NCBI RefSeq assembly: GCF_051251875.1
Contig: NZ_JBPOGL010000013.1
Location: forward strand, 14,683 to 78,682
Origin: Polaribacter sp.
GTDB taxonomy: Bacteria; Bacteroidota; Bacteroidia; Flavobacteriales; Flavobacteriaceae
Length of the DNA stretch: 64,000 bases
Reading direction: 5' to 3'
Below are positions 60,813-64,000 of the stretch, piece after piece; positions within the stretch are counted from its first letter, which is position 1, and every line of letters starts with the position of its first letter. The notes under the pieces were generated by a model. It had not been told where the DNA came from. It saw nothing but the letters and a program-made list of their open reading frames with translations, and ran no database searches. The translations under genes and the position numbers were made by a program.

Positions 60813-61967
60813 ATGGAAGAAGAATTATATGTAAATAAAGATTCTACAAAAGAAACTATTTATGATAAACTACATACTTATATAACTAATAAATACATTC
60901 TTGTTTTTAATGAGATTTCACATGAATTTTTAATCAAATTAATAAACAGCAATAAATGGAATGAGCTAAATATTAGCTCTCTAACAATAGAGCTTGCTAA
61001 AGCTGATTTAGAGGTAAGAATAACTAAGCTCGAAACATATCTAAATTCTGAATTTGTTCCTAAATTAAACCCTTTCAAAGAATATTTTGGAAAAAATGAA
61101 CTTTGGGATGGAATTAATCACATTAAAAATTTATGTAGCTATCTTAAAACAGATGATGATATACTTTTTGAATATCATTTTAAAAAATGGCTAGTAAGAA
61201 GTGTAAAATGTGCTTTGGAAGGAAAAAAATATAATAAGCAATGTTTCGTGTTGGTTCAAAAAACACAAAATTCTGGAAAGACTACTTTTTGTCGGTTTAT
61301 TTGTCCTAGCCGTTTATCAAAATATATCGCTGAAAATATTGGGTATGATAAGGATGCTTTAATTCAACTCGCTAAAAGTTTTATTATTAACCTAGATGAA
61401 ATTGATAAAATTGATAGCAAAGCTCTTAAGGCTTATAAATCCTTTTTTTCAAAAACTAATATAAATATAAGGTTGCCTTATGCTAAAAAGAACTCCTCTC
61501 TTTCAAGAACTTGTTCATTTATAGGTTCTACCAATCAAATCAATTTTTTAAAAGACGAAACAGGAAACGTACGATGGCTATGTTTTGAATTAATTGAAAA
61601 AATTGATTTCAATTATTCAAAAGACATTGACATTAATAAAGTTTGGGCACAAGCCTACCATCTTGCTTATAGTGATGAAAATTTTGAATGCGAACTTACG
61701 CACTATGATGTAATGGAAAATGAGCGAAGAAATGAGAAATACAAGGCTTTTACTGTAGAAGAAGATTTGATTAATCAATTATTTGAAAAATCTGATAAAC
61801 GAGAACATTTTATGACAGCAACTCAAATAACAAATATTATTAAAAAAGACCACAAATACGTCAATCACATAGTGATTGGAAAAGAATTAAATAAAATGGG
61901 GTTTAAAAGAATAAATAATCAAAATACTGGGTATAAAGGTTACATGATTAAGCTTAGAGAAAAATAA
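60813..61967 (+). CDS. VapE/VirE-family P-loop NTPase (start probably ATG 60813)
   Basis: WDGINHI, KKWLV, QNSGKTTF, INLDEID, RLPY, SFIGSTN, FLKDETGNVRWL, VWAQAY. Confidence 0.88.
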   Translation: MEEELYVNKDSTKETIYDKLHTYITNKYILVFNEISHEFLIKLINSNKWNELNISSLTIELAKADLEVRITKLETYLNSEFVPKLNPFKEYFGKNELWDGINHIKNLCSYLKTDDDILFEYHFKKWLVRSVKCALEGKKYNKQCFVLVQKTQNSGKTTFCRFICPSRLSKYIAENIGYDKDALIQLAKSFIINLDEIDKIDSKALKAYKSFFSKTNINIRLPYAKKNSSLSRTCSFIGSTNQINFLKDETGNVRWLCFELIEKIDFNYSKDIDINKVWAQAYHLAYSDENFECELTHYDVMENERRNEKYKAFTVEEDLINQLFEKSDKREHFMTATQITNIIKKDHKYVNHIVIGKELNKMGFKRINNQNTGYKGYMIKLREK

Positions 61968-61982
61968 TAGTTTTTCAAAATC

Positions 61983-62030
61983 ATCTTACCCATCTTACCT
62001 CTTTATTGAAAAAGGTAAGATGGGTAAGAT
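61983..62030. repeat. Perfect 18-bp inverted repeat between VapE and primase
   Basis: ATCTTACCCATCTTACCT-N12-AGGTAAGATGGGTAAGAT; each arm is itself a doublet. Confidence 0.85.
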
Positions 62031-62050
62031 AAAAACACAAAAAGAAAAAA

Positions 62051-62908
62051 ATGAATTGTAAAAAAGCAAAATTAATAGATTTAGTTTCTTACCTGAAAAA
62101 ACAAGGTTTTAGAACAGGTAAAGCCGATACAAAAAATGTTTGGTTTTACTCTCCTTTTAGAAAAAATGAAAGAACCCCATCATTTAAAGTAGACATTACC
62201 AAAAACGCTTGGTATGATTTCTCTGAAGGTTTTGGAGGAACAATAATTGACTTTATAATGAAATACGATAATTGTTCTATTAAAGAAGCCTTAGTTATTT
62301 TATCAGAAGGTACTTTTTCTATTCACCAGCAAAAAGAACAAATTAAGAGTGAGCAAACGCCAATCTATTCTATTAAAAAAGTAACAGAATTAACGAGTCA
62401 AATATTATTAGATTATTTAAGTAGTAGGAAAATCAATTTAACATTTGCTAAGCGATTTTGTTTTCAAGTTCATTACTCATTTTCTAAGGGTAAAGATTTA
62501 TTCGGAATTGGTTTTATGAATGATATAGGTGGATTGGAAATTAGAAATAAATTCTTTAAAGGTTGCTTAGGAAAGAAAGAAATTACAACCATAAATAATA
62601 ATTCTGATGTTGTAAGCTTGTTCGAAAGTTTCTCAGACTATTTAAGTTATTTGAGCATAAAAAAAGAAATTCCTAAAGAGAATTTCATAATCCTTAACTC
62701 TACTTCTTTAGTCAAAAAAACGATTGGTTTGATTGAAGGTTATTCTATTATAAAATTATTTTTTGATAACGATGAAGCAGGAAATAAAGCTACCTATTTT
62801 ATAGTAGAAAATGCTAATGGAAAAATTATAGACAACAGAATACACTATAAAAAATACAATGATTTAAATGATTATTTAGTAGCAATTAACACCAATAATA
62901 AAAGGTGA
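62051..62908 (+). CDS. DNA primase-like protein (CHC2-like N-domain plus Toprim)
   Basis: SPFRKNERTPSFKVD...WYDF..G.GG.IIDF; LFESFSDYLS; LFFDNDEAG; YNDLNDYL. Confidence 0.9.
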   Translation: MNCKKAKLIDLVSYLKKQGFRTGKADTKNVWFYSPFRKNERTPSFKVDITKNAWYDFSEGFGGTIIDFIMKYDNCSIKEALVILSEGTFSIHQQKEQIKSEQTPIYSIKKVTELTSQILLDYLSSRKINLTFAKRFCFQVHYSFSKGKDLFGIGFMNDIGGLEIRNKFFKGCLGKKEITTINNNSDVVSLFESFSDYLSYLSIKKEIPKENFIILNSTSLVKKTIGLIEGYSIIKLFFDNDEAGNKATYFIVENANGKIIDNRIHYKKYNDLNDYLVAINTNNKR

Positions 62909-62916
62909 AAATATAT

Positions 62917-62972
62917 CAAGAGGTGCTATTGTACTGACAAATTTATCAATTTCTCACTCCAATAGCATCTTG
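62917..62972 (+). promoter_or_regulatory. Candidate oriT of island B
   Basis: Imperfect inverted repeat CAAGAGGTGCTATTG / CAATAGCATCTTG; CATCTTG resembles the MOBP nic consensus YATCCTG; sits just upstream of mobC. Confidence 0.45.
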
Positions 62973-63003
62973 TTTTTCTCCCGAAGGTCGCAAAAGTAAA
63001 AAA

Positions 63004-63303
63004 ATGAAAAAAACAAAGAAAATAGAATTTAGAGTTACCCTTACGGAACATCTAATTATTAAAAATAAAGCAAAAAAAACAGGTGGTTCAATGTCTGAGT
63101 ATTTAAGAAGTATAGCGTTGGGTTACGATTTAACTTATAAGTTAACTGCTGAGGAAATTGAAGTCTATAAGCAACTAAATAAGTTTAGTGACAATTTTAG
63201 AAGAATCAGTAATCTATATAAATTAGGAGATGTTACAGGGGTTAAAGAAATTTCTATTGAAACTGCAAAATTAATTAGAAATCATTTAAATAAATTAAAA
63301 TGA
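63004..63303 (+). CDS. MobC-like relaxosome accessory protein (RHH)
   Basis: IEFRVT..E...IK.KA..TG.SMSEYLR..AL; ATGA overlap with the relaxase. Confidence 0.85.
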   Translation: MKKTKKIEFRVTLTEHLIIKNKAKKTGGSMSEYLRSIALGYDLTYKLTAEEIEVYKQLNKFSDNFRRISNLYKLGDVTGVKEISIETAKLIRNHLNKLK

Positions 63304-64000
63304 TAAGTAAAGCTAAATCTTGTACAGGCGGAACAGCTCTCTTTAATTATGTTGTTAATGAAAATAAAGGGTATGAACTTTTACGCAACAATATTTCAGG
63401 AATGACCCCAAAAGAAATGTTTTCAGATTTCTCAATTTTACAGCAACAAAATTTAAGGTGTAAAAACAATACGATAAGTATCGTTTTATCTCCTACAATA
63501 AATGATAGTATCAAGATGACTAATGAGCAGTTGAAAATACTAACAAAAGATTTTTTAAAAGAAATGGATTTAGACCCTAAAACCAATCAGTTTATTGCAT
63601 TTGTTCATACAGAAAAAAAACACAAGCACGTTCACATTATTTTAAATAGAGTTAAAACTGATGGAACTCTAATCAGAGACAATTTTATTAGTAAAAAAGC
63701 TCAATTTGTAGCACATGAAGTTGCAATAAGACACGGTTGGACTTCTGCTAAAGAGTTAAAAATAAAAAAAGAACAAGAACGTAAACTGTTCTACAAAGAG
63801 GTTAGAATTGCTATAAAAAAGGCACACTATTTAGTTTTAAGAATGAAGCCTAAAAATTTACAAGCCTATCAAATTGAAATGGCGAAATTAGGGATTAAAG
63901 TAAACCCGACTATTAATAAGCAAGGAAATATTCAAGGATTTAGATTTGTTCACGAAGTTTCTGGTACTGATTTAAAAGCTAGTGAAGTTGACCGTAATTT
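63300..64000 (+). CDS. MOBP-type relaxase, partial (runs off the window end)
   Basis: Missing from the ORF track. Manual translation from ATG 63300: MISKAKS...FNYV...SIVLSP...FVHTEKKHKHVHIILNRV (3H motif)...IQGFRF; open to 64000. Confidence 0.9.
   Translation, partial: MISKAKSCTGGTALFNYVVNENKGYELLRNNISGMTPKEMFSDFSILQQQNLRCKNNTISIVLSPTINDSIKMTNEQLKILTKDFLKEMDLDPKTNQFIAFVHTEKKHKHVHIILNRVKTDGTLIRDNFISKKAQFVAHEVAIRHGWTSAKELKIKKEQERKLFYKEVRIAIKKAHYLVLRMKPKNLQAYQIEMAKLGIKVNPTINKQGNIQGFRFVHEVSGTDLKASEVDRN

Larger units (their letters stand above)
57935..64000 (+). mobile_element. Genomic island B, integrative mobilisable element (partial)
   Basis: att, integrase, hypothetical, HTH, VapE, primase, oriT-like gap, MobC, relaxase in typical Bacteroidota order. 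Confidence 0.88.

Overview
AT-rich Flavobacteriaceae chromosome segment (Polaribacter/Tenacibaculum-like, judged from gene content and TAnnTTTG promoters). Bases 1-21.3 kb are mostly core or metabolic genes: a partial ATP-grasp gene, a TonB-dependent receptor with DUF4249 lipoprotein, icd, rplS, trmD, an ATPase/MscS-like/antiporter trio, and an AraC-aldA-fucP-lutABC operon. Bases 21.4-25.4 kb are a decayed accessory patch (Fic, AAA ATPase between 210-bp direct repeats, four-helix-bundle and HTH relics). From 25.46 kb on are two tandem integrative elements delimited by a 15-bp repeat (TTGTGGAGACGCCGA) that reads on the minus strand as a tmRNA-type 3' end. Island A (about 32.5 kb) has an integrase, an IS256, a decayed primase-like gene and a right-end RteC/excisionase/DUF3987 module. 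Its cargo is an intact ~23 kb nine-gene hybrid NRPS-PKS cluster I do not recognise. The cluster has no thioesterase, all three megasynthases start with A and end in a C-like domain, and it encodes a CCR-like enzyme, an AT with a RAGH motif, two 2OG-Fe(II) oxygenases, a methyltransferase, a PBP-type serine hydrolase and a PPTase. Island B (57.9 kb to the window end) is an integrative mobilisable element backbone (integrase, Xis-like HTH, VapE, primase, MobC, relaxase). All family assignments and substrate codes come from manual motif reading; no database searches were run.
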